A stretch of 64,000 nt of DNA from positions 3,370-67,369 of IMG/VR virus record IMGVR_UViG_3300032312_000528. One strand, 5' to 3'. The translations under genes were made by a program, and so were the position numbers. This document shows, piece by piece, positions 1-13,600 of the stretch; the stretch's first letter is position 1; every line of letters begins with the position of its first letter. This stretch comes from a virus (taxonomy: Duplodnaviria; Caudoviricetes). The notes under the pieces are model-generated. The model saw only the letters and a list, made by a program, of their open reading frames with translations. It did no database searches and was not told the DNA's origin.

Positions 1-546
1 AAAACCAGTGCTTCCGGTTGGTCCTGTTGGACCTGTAAATCCTGTCGGTCCGATTGGTCCTCCACTTGGTCCTGTCCATCCAGTCGGTCCCGTAGGGCCT
101 GTGACTGTAGACGCAGCTCCAGTAGATCCAGCAGGTCCTGTTGGCCCAGTTGGCCCTTGAGCTCCAGGTGCTGACACTGTCATGAACTGACCTGCCGCAT
201 CGTACCTAGCCATACCATTATCGCTGTATATCAATGACTCCCCAATGTCTAGCAGGATTGCAGTTGATATGATTGACAGCGGTGTGGTTCCAGATACTTT
301 CACTAGTTGTACGTTGTTAGCCGCAGCACCCTCGTTAACTATTGTTATGTCGGTCACGTTTATGAACGCTGTAGGAGTGTCATTTATAACTATGTCCGTG
401 TCCCCTGCGGTCACAATGGTTCCTACAGTAGAGTTGTAGTAGGTCTCTCCTCTGAACACATAGTTGTACACCACGGTGTACTTAATATCCTCTGTGTTTG
501 ATGTTGTTATCCGTAGGGACTCAATTGGTGCGTTTAGTCTAATCAT
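1..546 (-). CDS. Collagen-like (GPT-repeat) tail fibre protein, runs off the window edge
   Basis: Manual translation from ATG at 546 ([15 protein letters not shown]...) is open to position 1 and ends in G-X-Y repeats [13 protein letters not shown]...[29 protein letters not shown]; absent from the ORF track because there is no stop in the window. Confidence 0.85.
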   Translation of the reverse strand, partial: MIRLNAPIESLRITTSNTEDIKYTVVYNYVFRGETYYNSTVGTIVTAGDTDIVINDTPTAFINVTDITIVNEGAAANNVQLVKVSGTTPLSIISTAILLDIGESLIYSDNGMARYDAAGQFMTVSAPGAQGPTGPTGPAGSTGAASTVTGPTGPTGWTGPSGGPIGPTGFTGPTGPTGSTGF

Positions 547-556
547 TTTTAATGTT

Positions 557-3500
557 TTATCGAGTATCTCTTGTTACCATTGCCTTAGCTTTTTTAGTAG
601 CATACTCTTCTAGCTTTTTTACTACGTCTTGGAACTGTTCGTTGTCTAATTTCTTTAACCTATCTAACCTTTTTTCTAGTTGTTCTTTTAAAGTCCTACC
701 TCTTTCTGTTGCAAATTTATAGAACTCCTCTTGAGTCATTAATCTTTGATCTCTTGTTGAGAAGTCAAGTATCTTTGTCTTTGTCATGCTTGGAGGGGTT
801 GGTATGTATTTCTTCTCTACAAACAGTTCAACTAACTCATTTCTCTCAACCTTAGAGGTAAACTTGTCGGTATCTGGGAAAATTGCCTCTCCAAGTAGAT
901 TTACTTTGTTTTGATACATATCCCTAGCAACTGGAATGTCTTTTAACGCAGACCCAAGAACAGTTCTTCTAACCTCTTTGATAGGTATATCCCATGCCTT
1001 TTCTACATCTTTTGCTATCTGAGTATAGAGATTTGGTAAAACAAAACCTTTTGCAGTGCCTATTAGCGATTCCATAGCCTTTTCTTTAACATTGTCTACG
1101 TCACTGCTGCTGCTAAATAAAGCTTGACTAAATGTATTCAAGCCTTTCAAGAATGTTAAGTCTAAGAATACGTTCTTAGTTTGCAGCATTGCATATGCCC
1201 ATCTTTCTACCTTCTCCTCCTCTGGCATATCTTTATACTTTTCAGTATCTCTAAAGTTTCCTATAAGACCAAGAATAACAATCAGGGGGCTGTATTGATA
1301 CGAGTACCATTTTTTGCGTATTCTTACAGAGTATGGTTGCCAACCTGTCTTCTCTGATAGTATTGCATTCTTTTTCCAATCCCCCGTACCATTAGCTGTT
1401 ACTTCAAAATCATCGTCATCATCGCCCCCAGATAGTGCAAGAACTACAAACATGGCAGTAGTCCCTAGTAATGCTTTGAGCATAAGTTCGCTTCTAAGAT
1501 CTTCCTTTTGAAGAGGAGTTAATTTATCCCAATCCTTTCTACCTAGCCCTGTAACAGAGCCACCTTTAAATCCTCTAGCGAAACCCCACGGAGTATAATC
1601 TATGGCAATATTTGCTACGTTTGCTACAACATTTGTAAATGGAACTATCAATTTAAACTTAGGAAAATCTCTAGAAAAACTAGCTATCGCTCTAGATGCA
1701 GCGCCTAATAAACCTTCTGGCTCATAGTTAAATGTAGCTCTGGCAGCATAATCATTGGCAACCATTTCTACTTCTTCTGGAGCATTTTGATCTAATATCT
1801 CGTAAGCTCTTCTTATTCTATCTCGCCTTAATTGTCTTTCTTGTTTTTTTGTTTCACTTTCGGACAACTTTAATGCCTTTAGAGCAGCTAATTCTTGTTG
1901 ATACTCTGCTTCTGCTTTAGCTATGGCATCTTTGCCTGATGTGTCTGTTCTGTTCAACACAGCCGCAGCTCTTTTTTTAATAGACTCTGTAATGTCTGTC
2001 CCTTCATCCATTGCTATCTTAGCAGCCCACTCCCACATCCTTTGTTCTTTAGATGCGTTGTACAAAACTGTATCAACCGCAACCATAGCTCTCCTTACAT
2101 ATTTAAGGTAGCTAACAGGATTGTATTTGCTTAATAACTCAAGAATAGGTAGCTCTTCAACCTTCTCCCTTGAGGTAGTATAACCAGTCTTCATAACATC
2201 CCAACCCTCAAATAAACCTCTATAAAATCCATTTACCCAAGCTTTAGCCATTAGTGGGGCCATGCTTGGATTTTTGATATTCTTACCTATTCCAATAGTT
2301 AAGTTGAACGCAGCATTGGTTACGTTTGATATTAAGTTTACCAACTGCGTCATGTATCCACTTAGAACATTACCATACCATATAGCCATAGGTAATTCTT
2401 TCCAGTTTATGCCATTCATGTTTGCCAACATGGTCATCATTTGGGATATCAGCTTATTTTGCTTCATCCCTGGAGGAGCTGTTGATATCTGATTGGCTAG
2501 ACTTGTTATTTGTTGGATATTGGCTGCTGTCAACTTTGGCCATTCCATCTTTTCTGAAAACGCCTGCATGACATCATTGTCATTAATGGCTCCCATGTTT
2601 GACAGCTGAACCAATTGCTCAACTAGAGCTTGATCTTTTTTAGGAGTAGTACTAGGGCTTAGTATCTTTTCAATGGCTTTAGTTTTAGCCTCTGTAGCCA
2701 ATCTTTCAAACTCCCTAGTAACGGCAGCTGCAAGAAGCCTTGCATCTTCCCCTGTAAACCCTGCTTCATCTATAAACTTTTGAGCCAAGTTTTTCTTGGT
2801 CATGTCGTATACAGTGAAGTGGTCTATTATAATCTTTTTAAGGTCTATGCCCTGATCCTTGAGCGCTTTCTTTACGTTGGCGCCTATTATCTTATCAAAG
2901 TCAGCCTGCACTTCGTCTTGGGTGCTAAAGTCGTTGTAATCTTTTGCAAGTTGAGTCTTAGCCCTGTTGTATAACGCATATAGATATGGCTTTACTTTTG
3001 TTCCAAGGTCCTTGATCATATTCTTGGCAAAGTCACCAAACTTTCTACCAGATGCTTCAACGTGATACACGGCTAGCTCAATAAGGTCAGGATCTATATT
3101 GGAAAAGAACCTACCTTTAAGTTTATTTTTTAACTCAGTAGCTCTAGCTTTAGTTACAACTTTATTCTTTTCTCCATAACCCTTTGGCTGCTCTTCGTTC
3201 TTAATTTCTATAACGCTTTCTTCTTCTATTTTATCCGACAAGACCGCCACTGTATCTTCAGCTGCTTTTCTATTGGCTGTGTCGATTGCTTTCTTTATTT
3301 TAGTCCTTTTTGTTGCAGACTTTTTTTTCTTCTTATCAGCCTGTTCGTTAGCCATTTTATTGGCCTTCATTAGCCAACCTTCAGGGCCTAAATTTGAATA
3401 CATAGATAACGCTTGCAAGAATTGAGCTGCATTGGTAGCCGCTTTAGCCATTGTGTCCAATGCTTCTACAGCCCCTCTAACATTCCCATCTGCAACCATC

Positions 3501-4135
3501 TTCTTGATTATAAGCTGACCTAGCGCACTTCTAGCTCCAGGAGACATCCCATTGTCCATGTTTTTTAGTTCGTCCAAGGCTGAGTCTCCGAAGTAGTCTA
3601 GGATAGCCTTAGCTTGTTCTACAGACAAGTTGTTAGGCATCTTTGTGTAATACAACCCATCGTCAGTCATTAATGTCTGTAACTCTGGGAACTCTTCAAG
3701 TGCTTGCTTATTAAAACCTCTAATACCCATCCCTTTTGGAGGGTTCAACTCTGTAGGTGTAGATTCTTTTTGAAGCTCTTTTTCTAAGTGGTCTCTTACA
3801 TCTTGCTCACTAAACTTTTCTCCAGACTTAATTAGATACTCGACAAATTGATCTATAGCTTTCGCTACAGTAACACCTGCCTTAATGGATGCTTTTAAGG
3901 TATCTATACCTGCGTTCCATATTACTGGAGCTACACCAAACGCACCTAACGTGTTCTTGGTGTCAATCTTAAGCTTGTCTAAGGCTCCTATTATTTTATC
4001 TGCTGTAGATTGTGGCTTTATAGATACATCTCCGCTAGCGTTTAAATCAGCCAATAGGCCGTCGTGCAGCATAGCCGCAAACTCATCGTAGGAATAGTCC
4101 TTCCCACCAAATGATATGATACAACCGCCTGCCAT
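557..4135 (-). CDS. Large internal virion/ejection protein (1192 aa)
   Basis: Helical Ala/Lys-rich protein; [21 protein letters not shown] and [12 protein letters not shown] segments resemble C-terminal regions of podovirus internal virion proteins; located in the ejection-protein block. Confidence 0.65.
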   Translation of the reverse strand: MAGGCIISFGGKDYSYDEFAAMLHDGLLADLNASGDVSIKPQSTADKIIGALDKLKIDTKNTLGAFGVAPVIWNAGIDTLKASIKAGVTVAKAIDQFVEYLIKSGEKFSEQDVRDHLEKELQKESTPTELNPPKGMGIRGFNKQALEEFPELQTLMTDDGLYYTKMPNNLSVEQAKAILDYFGDSALDELKNMDNGMSPGARSALGQLIIKKMVADGNVRGAVEALDTMAKAATNAAQFLQALSMYSNLGPEGWLMKANKMANEQADKKKKKSATKRTKIKKAIDTANRKAAEDTVAVLSDKIEEESVIEIKNEEQPKGYGEKNKVVTKARATELKNKLKGRFFSNIDPDLIELAVYHVEASGRKFGDFAKNMIKDLGTKVKPYLYALYNRAKTQLAKDYNDFSTQDEVQADFDKIIGANVKKALKDQGIDLKKIIIDHFTVYDMTKKNLAQKFIDEAGFTGEDARLLAAAVTREFERLATEAKTKAIEKILSPSTTPKKDQALVEQLVQLSNMGAINDNDVMQAFSEKMEWPKLTAANIQQITSLANQISTAPPGMKQNKLISQMMTMLANMNGINWKELPMAIWYGNVLSGYMTQLVNLISNVTNAAFNLTIGIGKNIKNPSMAPLMAKAWVNGFYRGLFEGWDVMKTGYTTSREKVEELPILELLSKYNPVSYLKYVRRAMVAVDTVLYNASKEQRMWEWAAKIAMDEGTDITESIKKRAAAVLNRTDTSGKDAIAKAEAEYQQELAALKALKLSESETKKQERQLRRDRIRRAYEILDQNAPEEVEMVANDYAARATFNYEPEGLLGAASRAIASFSRDFPKFKLIVPFTNVVANVANIAIDYTPWGFARGFKGGSVTGLGRKDWDKLTPLQKEDLRSELMLKALLGTTAMFVVLALSGGDDDDDFEVTANGTGDWKKNAILSEKTGWQPYSVRIRKKWYSYQYSPLIVILGLIGNFRDTEKYKDMPEEEKVERWAYAMLQTKNVFLDLTFLKGLNTFSQALFSSSSDVDNVKEKAMESLIGTAKGFVLPNLYTQIAKDVEKAWDIPIKEVRRTVLGSALKDIPVARDMYQNKVNLLGEAIFPDTDKFTSKVERNELVELFVEKKYIPTPPSMTKTKILDFSTRDQRLMTQEEFYKFATERGRTLKEQLEKRLDRLKKLDNEQFQDVVKKLEEYATKKAKAMVTRDTR

Positions 4136-4635
4136 TAAGCTTTAAATAGTGATTCCTCCAACAACAACATCTCAAACTTAGTACCTGTCACACCCTCTAA
4201 CATATTAATCTTGTCGCTGTATTCAGCAACCGACTGTTGTTGGATGGCGTTAAACGGTAGCAAGAAGTTAAAGGTACAGATATCGCCCTCCTTCATAACC
4301 TTTGCTGTGGTATCCTCGTAGTCTTCGTATAGAGTGTACTCGATTAGGTACGCCTTCTCGATAACGTCCATGAGACTTGCGAACTCAAGGATTGGTTGTT
4401 TAACTGTTGGTAGTTCTGGAATCACATTCCACTCCGTTAGGTAGTCTTCTATCTTCTTGGCGTGCAATAGTTCGTCAGCTGACTCGGCAGCGAAGAACTC
4501 AGCAGCTTTAAAGAAGCCTACGTTCTGACACCAGTTAGACGCAGAACGGTACATGTAGTACGCGTTGTGCTCGTCTTGGAGTCTTGGTAGTAATAAATCA
4601 ACTATTTCAGCAGGAAGTACTTTTGGCTTTAACAT
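4135..4635 (-). CDS. Ferritin-like protein (non-haem ferritin family)
   Basis: QDEHNAYYMY, ESADELLHAKKI, EKAYLIEY and IQQQSVAEY match ferritin helix and ferroxidase-ligand spacing; ATG 4635 preferred over TTG 4653. Confidence 0.85.
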   Translation of the reverse strand: MLKPKVLPAEIVDLLLPRLQDEHNAYYMYRSASNWCQNVGFFKAAEFFAAESADELLHAKKIEDYLTEWNVIPELPTVKQPILEFASLMDVIEKAYLIEYTLYEDYEDTTAKVMKEGDICTFNFLLPFNAIQQQSVAEYSDKINMLEGVTGTKFEMLLLEESLFKA

Positions 4636-4643
4636 ATGCAAAT

Positions 4644-7600
4644 TTAAGGACAATTTCCTTTCCTTGTTGCCTTATTGTTTTTTTCTAGCTGATCAAGGAT
4701 ATTCTTAATGTTATCGTCTATGTACTTCACTGATGGATTAGCGTCCATTAGGGCCTTTCTTTCGTCTGCAAGTCTCTTCTTTTTAGCTGCACCTTCTGTC
4801 TCTTTTATTTCATAGAACAAGTCTGTAGCTTGAGCAAAGGTTGATTTAGCATCACTGCCACCTTTAAATGCCTGAGCTGTTGATGGATCTCTGTACATTG
4901 GGACAGCTTCATCGCTATACTTGGCAGCGTAGTCTATCATCTCTTTGTCGGTCTTAAACTCTCCATTATAAGAAGATAGGTCAATCTTGAATCCTGCCTT
5001 TTGATAAAACTTAACCAGGTCTCTAATTTTTAATCCATTATCTCCGAAAGGTTTTGCATCTAATGTAACCTTCATTCCAAGCTCATCGGCAACGCTTGTT
5101 ATGTCGTTTAACGCAGATCTACCTTGGCCTTGACCTTTATTGATTGTGCTTATATCTTGTAAAGATATTTCTCTCCTGTTGCCCTTATCAAATCTATTGA
5201 ACTCTAATCTTGCTGCGTTGTTGTAGATAAACTCTCTTGGGTTGAATGGGTTTCTTTGTAGGTTGCCTTTTTCTGACAATCCATTTAGATATTCATTTAA
5301 TATAGGATCGGATGATATATCTTTAGCAGGAGCCTTAGCTACAGGTTTTGGTTCTGGTTTTGGCTTCTTTTCTAGGTGTCTTTCAACTAACGTATTTACA
5401 GCCTCTTCTTTGGTGTCACCAAGCATATCCCCATAAACCCATTCTACTGAATAAGGCTTTTGTTTAAAATGGTCAAAATCAGCATTTTTCCATGACTTAA
5501 GACTTCTATCATAGTACATTCTGCCGATATTATCGCCTTTGTAATATACATCATATTCTCCGTCCATATCAAAGTCTTTGCTCTTAATAACCTTTGCGCC
5601 TTTACTGTCCATAGATGCCTGGATTCTATTATCGGTAGTAGAGAACTCGCCAGTATTGTCGGTAGCTGATTTAATACTATTTTTATTGTCATCAAACACT
5701 AGATAAGCAGTGCCTTTATACTGAGGTACATCAGCCCCTTGAGCTTCCATGTCTACAATATTGTTAGCCACAATGCCATCTACCTTTTCAACTCCAAACC
5801 TACCATTTATTAGAAAATCCATCGCATCCCTATTAGTTGCCCATTTATACCCGGCATTAACCTCTAAGTTATTCCATGCCTCAAGGCCTTGTTCTCCTTT
5901 TGCATCAAACTCTTTTACCTTTCTAAGATTTAAAAATGCTTCGTAAATTTTACCCGTTGCATTTGTTGCACCTTCTTTTACTGGTGCTTTAGCGTAAAGT
6001 TCAGCAAGAGTTTTATTTGTTGTAAAATAATAACCTAATTCTCTTAAACCAGAGTCCGTTCTTTTCCTTAGACTTCTATCAAATGTTTCTATGTCCGCAG
6101 AAGGAGTTCCGTGATAAACAACTAATGGCTCCCCATTTTCATCAACTACTTTACTTGCGTTCTCTGGATCGTTTTCCCAGTCTCCAAACCACTTTTTAAA
6201 TTGTGGAGTTCTGACTTGCTTGTATTGAGCGTCATTTAGGTTAGAGGGTTTACCGTTAGGCGCTAGGTTTTTTCCCTTAGCTGCACCTTCAGCCTCCTGC
6301 ATAGACATATCATATGAATCAAACATTACAATTTGATCTTTAGGGTTAACATCTACCGTATCGGCGGCCAAAGATGCGCGTCTCTCTTCTGGTGTCATAT
6401 TCATTCTTGTTTGAACATTTCTAGACTCTACCTCGCCTGCTACTCTTTGATATAACCCAAATGCACTATTGTCTCTAATGAAATCCAAATAGGCATTAAC
6501 TACAGTCTCATAGTTGTCTCGCGTAGGCCACTCCCCAAGTAAGCCATACATTTCTTCAGCAATTCTTTTGACGGTAGCGGAACTTACATCATACTTATCG
6601 GCAAGGTTATTATAAAAATCTTTTAGTGTTCCTTCTTTTGGCGTTCCGTATTCTGGGAATGTATCTACTAATTCTTTGGCCAAATCACTGCTTCCGTATA
6701 AGCTGCGTATATCGCTCAAGTTGCCTTCTGCGTTATCTAGTGCCGCTTCATCAACTTGATCATAAAAATCGCTTTCGGTAGCACCTTTAGCAAACCTTTC
6801 TGAAGCCTGTATTAAGTGCTGCATTTCGTGTAGGAAAGTTGATCTTAACTTTTCTTTATCTGACAAAAGAAACGTGTTTAGGTATACCGTACCTGTTTCT
6901 TTGTTAAAGCCTCCCCTGGTTCTGACTCGGCTATCTCTGCTGTTTAATCCTGGGATATTTTTAAAATCGCCAACCACAACTTTCATGTTTTTTAAAGCTG
7001 GATATGCTTTCAAATATTCGCTATCTGCGCCAATGAATTGCTCCATAGGGTAGGTTACACTTCCGTTTGTTGTAACAATCCCCTCGGCATTTGCATCTCC
7101 AAGAAGTTCTTCTTTTGTCAATCTCTCTCTCACAAAACCTGTCTTAGGATCGATGAAATAACGACCATAGAACTCAGCAACATTTACATCATCTTTTATG
7201 TCAATAGCTATATTTCCTGGAACTATTTCATATCTCCATTTCTTGTCTACACCTAGCTCCCATCCTGTCATTAGCTTAATGTCTTTAGGAGTCCTGCCTT
7301 CCTCGGCCATTGCCTTGGCGTCTTTCAAGAAAGATATTCTAGTCTCAACGCCTTCAGCTGCATCAAGAGCCTTCATCCCTTTTGCTCCAAGGAACGAGAA
7401 CCTATTAGTTTCCTTACCTTTAGGAGTTTTCTTAGATTCTATTTTTGAAACATCTTTACTGGTTATATCGCTTACTTTCTTGCCCCCTAAAACTTCTTTA
7501 AGTGCCGCGTCTACAAACTGATTTAAAGTCATATTTCTCATCTCGACATCAGTGTAGCCTTCAAATCCTGTAAGCTTTCTAATAGCTGTAAACAATACGT

Positions 7601-10600
7601 CTAACCATTTAGAGAAGGCTACCTTTTGAGCTTGATTAACAAATAGTTCTCCCTTGTCACCAATAGCTGTAGCTAATGCTTCGTCTGCCACATATTCTCT
7701 TACGGCATCTGCATTTACAGAGCTATCATCAATAATGAACTTGCCTGTATTTTTGTCTTTTTTAATAGCACCTTTACCAAATGTATCTTGAATAATCTTT
7801 TTGTAAGCAGCACTTTCTAGTATTGCTTGTTGGTACTTACTTCCTTCAACTAGCTCAACACCTTTTCTGTAGATATCTGGTTTGTATTGTTTAGCAAACG
7901 TGTTCCAGACGTGACCAAACTCATGTATAGGAGTATTGTTGTTTAAATATGTAGGGTCTAAGTATATTACACCGTCCGCCCCAACATAACCAAATGGCTG
8001 AGTGTCTTTATTGCTCTTAGAGAATAATTTTTTACCTGTAAACTTAGCCCTATTAAACGCTGCTGACGAGGCACTCATTTCAACTACAACTCCAGGAAAC
8101 GCTTCTTGCAAATACTTTACTAACTTCTGTTGTGGAGATAGTTGTGTTTGAGAGAATATTTTAATTGTAGCCGCCTTAGCTTTTTGAACAAGGTCGTTAA
8201 ATACAGATCCACTAACGCTTTGCCTGTATGGTGATTTAAATCCGCCTGGACTCAATGTATAACCTAATTTTTTAAGTTTTTTAACAACATCTTCTTTGGT
8301 GTTACCCATAACTGGATTCCCTTTCTCGTCCAAAACTGGAACTTTGTCGCCCTCTACGCCTTCAAGTTTTTTAGATGTTTTAGTTCTTTTAGGTTCTGCT
8401 AATTTATTACCATTTTTATCTTCTGTAACTATTGTGTCTGTAATCTTATTGCCATACTCTTCCGCAGCAAACGCTCCGCTTTGAGTTTGCCCAAGAACAA
8501 CTGTAACCGTTTTTATCTCCCCTGTTTTAGGGTCTTTCTTAGATGCAAATGTATCTCTGTCTGATGTAGCTGATTTTAAGAACGTATCCATCATTTGAGG
8601 TGATGCATTGTGGAACATTGTGGTATCTTCAAATAAACCTACAGGCCATCCAGCAACACCGGCAGGGTAATTCTTGTGTCTATCTCTGTTTACATCTTCT
8701 ATTGATTCAATATCTGGATCAATAGCTAGCAGCAACATCATTTGCCCAGGAATTGTACTATTCATAGTAGGCTCTGATATTGCATCAGATACGCTTTCTA
8801 TTGAAATACCTTTACTCTTAAGCATATACCCTACAGGGTTAGAAGTTTCTTTTGACTCCGTCTTGTCGCTAGATAGTAAAACTTTTGATACAATTTCAGC
8901 TTTAGTCTTTAAGTTTAATTTAGATTTAGGCCCATGTATCATATCTTCAAGTTCCGCAAAGTTTTTTGCACTTCTAAGTTGATCTATGTATTCCTCTCTA
9001 CCCTCCCACTTTACAGCACCAAGTCTAACTTTTGCCTTTTCAAAGAAGTCTTTCTTTTCGCTATCGGTTAATAATGTTTCGATTTGACGGAACGCTTCCC
9101 TAGCAAATGCTTCGTTACTCTTAATTCCATCAGCCCCCATTTTATAAATAGCAACCAATCCAAATTGCTTGTCATCTGGGATCCCTTCTTCAAGTCTATC
9201 TTTTTGATCTTGTTGTTCTTTGGTTAAATTTTTACCATTCAATCCAAACGCTTTAAAATAGTGTGCCTTTAGGTCTTTGCCTGATATCTTGTCGGCTTTA
9301 TCTGCGGCATTTACCATACTGCTAGCAGCTTCTATGGTTACAGCAGCCCAACCAAATACTTTATTGATGTCTTTTATCTTGCCAGACATAAAGTCCATTA
9401 AAGACTTGAATGGATAGCCTATTCCACCTTCTTCCCTAATCTTAGTATTTTTGTTTATTTTGCCTGTGCTTGGATCATATGTAGGAACCGTCCTTTCGCC
9501 TGTTGTGAGTGTATCAGACATTCCTATGCCTATCGTCTTGCCTAGTATGCTACTAAAAGGTACGCGAAGTTTTCTCATGAAATCCGCCTCTGGTCTTGCG
9601 TCGTTTTTATCGACAACAATAGGCGTCATCTTTAGATCTTTAGGTAAATTTGCTTCTACATTTACAGGTGTTTCAAGGTTCGTGTTTACGTCATTTAACG
9701 CCTCACCTATCCTTTCTTCTACTTCACCTCTAACCTCTTCAGGCAACTCTCTGTCAAGCTCTAGGCTATATCTTTCAGCTGGGATCATTAGAGACCCACC
9801 GCTTTTTGACTTATTCCACGGGTATCTACTTTGTTTAATAACCCCTCCATAGGCCATTGGTTTTGCCATGTAAGAGCCTGCGTCAAACGCTCCTAAAGTT
9901 ATTTGGTCTCCTGTGATGTTAAACTGTTGCTTAATTGAATTAGCTTCATTTATTATATCATCAACCGATCCTGCAAAATCCCTTACAATGGTATTCCCAA
10001 ATTTATCCTTAAAGATAAACACAACAGAACCACCATCATACCTAGCGTATGCGTTTCTGCCTGTAGACCAAGTCATTGACTCATATACTGCCCCAGTTGA
10101 CTTCTGTCTAAAACCTAAAGCTCCACTTATCCCATGTATAGGTGGTCCTACACGATCAAGGTCTAAGTCACCCCATATTACCTGGTGTAGTTTGGCAGGA
10201 GCAAGTTCACCTGGTTTAATGTCTTTCTTTTGCTTGTATGTAACTTTTACTTTATCATTTCCAAATCTTTCTACAACTGCGGCGTATTGGTCATTTGTAA
10301 TTTCACGCAATCTTGAAGCTGTAGATATTTTCATTGCTTCATCGGTGGTTTCCCATGTCACGTCTGTTGCCGCGTCAGACATTAGCAAGAAGTGAGCTAC
10401 ACCTTGTACGCCTGCATATTGAGTTTTGCTTCCTTTGCTGTTCATGTGGCTTTTGCCTGCAACATACACAAAACCCTTTTCGTTTACCCATTGACTTCTG
10501 TATTTCCAGAAACCTTCGCCAGTCTCTCCTATTTTTTCAAATCTATCTAATCTGTCTTTGTACGCCGAGTCATTAACATCCGCTACCACTACAACGGAAT

Positions 10601-13600
10601 CTTTCTTAGCCGCAACAAGCGCATCTGCTTTTGGTTTTGGAAGAAGCTCTTTAGATACAAACTCTGGTGTATATTTAGCAGCTTGACCTTTATATATATT
10701 CCAAATGTCAGTCCACGCCATTCCAGCGTCTCTCATGTCCGCTATTTGAGGACCAAAATACAACGTAGATGCTATCGATGGGATAGTAAAACCTGCTATA
10801 ATAATTGACTTGATCATATTGTTTTTGATCTTGTCAAGAATCTTTTTTAGCACACCTACGCCTTTTTTAATGGTTCGATATATCTTTAATTTGGCGGTGT
10901 TAAAATTATTGGCTATCATCTGTTTTGTAGCGTCAGATATTAACTTCTTAGCTTCTTTTGGAGACTCTAGCTCTGCTGCTTCTTGGAGCTCTTCTACGTC
11001 CGCATCATCAACCTCTTCCTCGATTGCGTCTTCTGCTAGCTGCTCTTCAGAAACAGGCTTTATGCCTTCTTTCTCTTTCTGTTTTTGTTTCTCCTCTTTA
11101 GCCTTTGCTTTTTCGATTGCCCTAGCTTCGGCTTTAGCTTTCTTTTCAGCGTCTTTAACTTTTTCCCTAACTTTTCTCTTCTGCTCCTTCTCAAACTCTT
11201 TCTTGGCCTTCTTGTTGTAATCAGCCAATAGAGCATCTAGTGCCTCTGCTTTAGAGCCAAACTCATCCTCAAATATGTCTATCCCGTCAACGTCCTCAGC
11301 CCTCCAGTTAACATTGTTGTCCTCGTCTGTAACTTTTACTATGCGACCTACAGTTTCACCGGTATCGCTGTCTTGGACTTCTACCGTCATTGACGATACA
11401 TATGTGTACACTCTACCATTCTCTGCCTCTTTCTCATCCTCTTCGTAGTCTACAGCCTCGTCTTTTGTAAACTTGCCTACGTCTACATTCTTTTTAGTTA
11501 GAGGAATGTACTCTTCTAAAACCTCTTCCTCTACAGCAGGCTTTTCCTTAGCCACTTCTTCTTTAGTTACTTCTTTTTCAGCAGTAGCAGTGCCTTTGTA
11601 AGAAAGTTTGCGCCCTTCTGCCCTAAACGCATTCTCAGTATCAACGTATACTTGATCAAATGATACATCTGGGTTTGTATGCAAATAATTCCACACGAAC
11701 CTTTTGGTGTTTATGGAAGCAGGCATATCTTTCAGAGTCTTATAATCCTCATCGGTCATTTGCTTAGGCATAGAAGACTTAGAAGGCATGTTACCGTCGC
11801 TTTTCCAAAAATTCTCTTTGCTATCGTCTTGATATTTTTTATCTAAATTTCCCTTACCCTTTGTTAGGCTTTCATAGGTTATCTCCTTAATTGGCTTTTT
11901 AAGTTCACTATCTTTTGCAGGAGTTACTTTTTCAGATGTTTGAACATCTCCACTTGCTGGAGTCTCTTGCGTGCTGCTTCCTTCGATAGGTTCGGCTTTG
12001 ACAGGTTCTTGCCCGATTCCGACTTCACTTGATACCCCGATTCCGTTTTTGTTATCATATATTTTTTGTGCTTGTGCTTGAACTGCTGGAGGCGCTACTT
12101 TTGTTGTGTTACCTGTTTTTTGTTTCCACTCCCCGTTGTCATATATCATTTCAACAGGAACACCTTTTTTGGTCTTGAGCTCTGGTATTTGTACCGTGTC
12201 TCCTTGCGTTACAGCTCTGGGAGCTGGGGTTGTATCTTCGCTTTTAAATGAGTCTGGTGAACCTAATGCATTATCAACTGAATTTATAAGTTGTTTTTGT
12301 TGCTCAGTTCTTTGTTCTGCTGGAGTTTTTAGTGCGTTTTGATAATTATCTGATACAGCTTTTTCAATTGCCATAGGCTTATTGCCGTCAGCCAATGAAA
12401 CCCAAACTTTTACTGTTTTTTCTCCTGCTAATTTAGCTGCCCTTATTCTATGATGGCCATCATTTACTATTAGAGATCCATCCGCTTTTTGTATAGCAGA
12501 TGCAGGCGGAAATTCACTCCCTTCTTTATACCAATTCAAATACTTTTCTACAGTATTTAGATCTTGTGATTTTTCGTTTAAAGTTAAGTCGGTAATTGGA
12601 ACTTCTTGTAATTGGTACGCATCGCCCATATTGTTTGATGCTAACGAGCCAACTGGAGGTTGTTCTCTTTTAATAGGTTTATCTTCTTTACCCCTTTCTT
12701 CTAAGGACATCCTTTGTGGCTCATAGTCTATTACGCCAGCTTTTTTAACTATGTCAGGATTGTTACTTATTGCATCGTCTAGAGTTCTGGTAGCATCCTT
12801 TATCTCTACATCATTCATAACACGCGCAACAGGCTCTTCTGCTTGCTTCTGAACCTCTTGTGCAGCTGCTGTATCCTCTTCAACTTTTATCTGCTTAAGT
12901 AGCTCTAAATCGCCTTCTGCGCGCTTCCTTTCGTCTGGCAGTAATACAGCTTGTCCTGTAGATGCTAAAGACTCGTTGTCTTGTTGCAAAGATGCTTGGA
13001 CAGCTTCTATTTTATCTGCTGTGGTTGCGCCTGGAATTGTATCTTCTGGTTTTGTTTGTGGCTCTTTTTGAATAGGGCCTGATTTTTCGCCTTTCTTTTT
13101 ATTGCCAGCTTGAACATCGGCGTCTACTATCGCCTCATCCATTGCTTTTTTAACCTTATCAAAGGTAGCTTTTTCTTTACCTGTTAGCTTATTGTATCTT
13201 TCTCTTGCTAGTTTAAACGCACTGGCCCCAAGCTGCGACCCACTTCCCATACCAATACCCATTGAATAGGCTCCTATGATAAACTGTAAGTTTTTATCAA
13301 ATGTTCCAAAGTTTTGCTCTAGTTCAGCCATAAACTTTTTCTTGTCGCCTGTTTGTAGCCATGTTGTTATTAAGCCACCAAAGGTGTTACCATATTCTTC
13401 AACAGATTCACCTATAGCGCTAGCTTGCAATTTGACTAGCTTTTCTATTATAACTTTAGCTTTTCCAGCGTTTTCATTGAACATTTTTCCAATGAGTTTT
13501 TCTATTCCTTTTTCGCTAGCAAACTTTCCAAACAACTTACTAAACGATCCTCCTAAATATCCAGATAAGAAAGTTGCTTCACCTTTGCTTTTTTCAGATA

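Noticed and set aside
5465-5580. DFDMD and NADFDH strings in the giant protein resembling the RNA polymerase NADFDGD/DFDID motif
   Set aside because: They lie in a short linker between the ART-like and GNAT-like domains with no room or context for double-psi barrels, and NADFDH lacks the third Asp.
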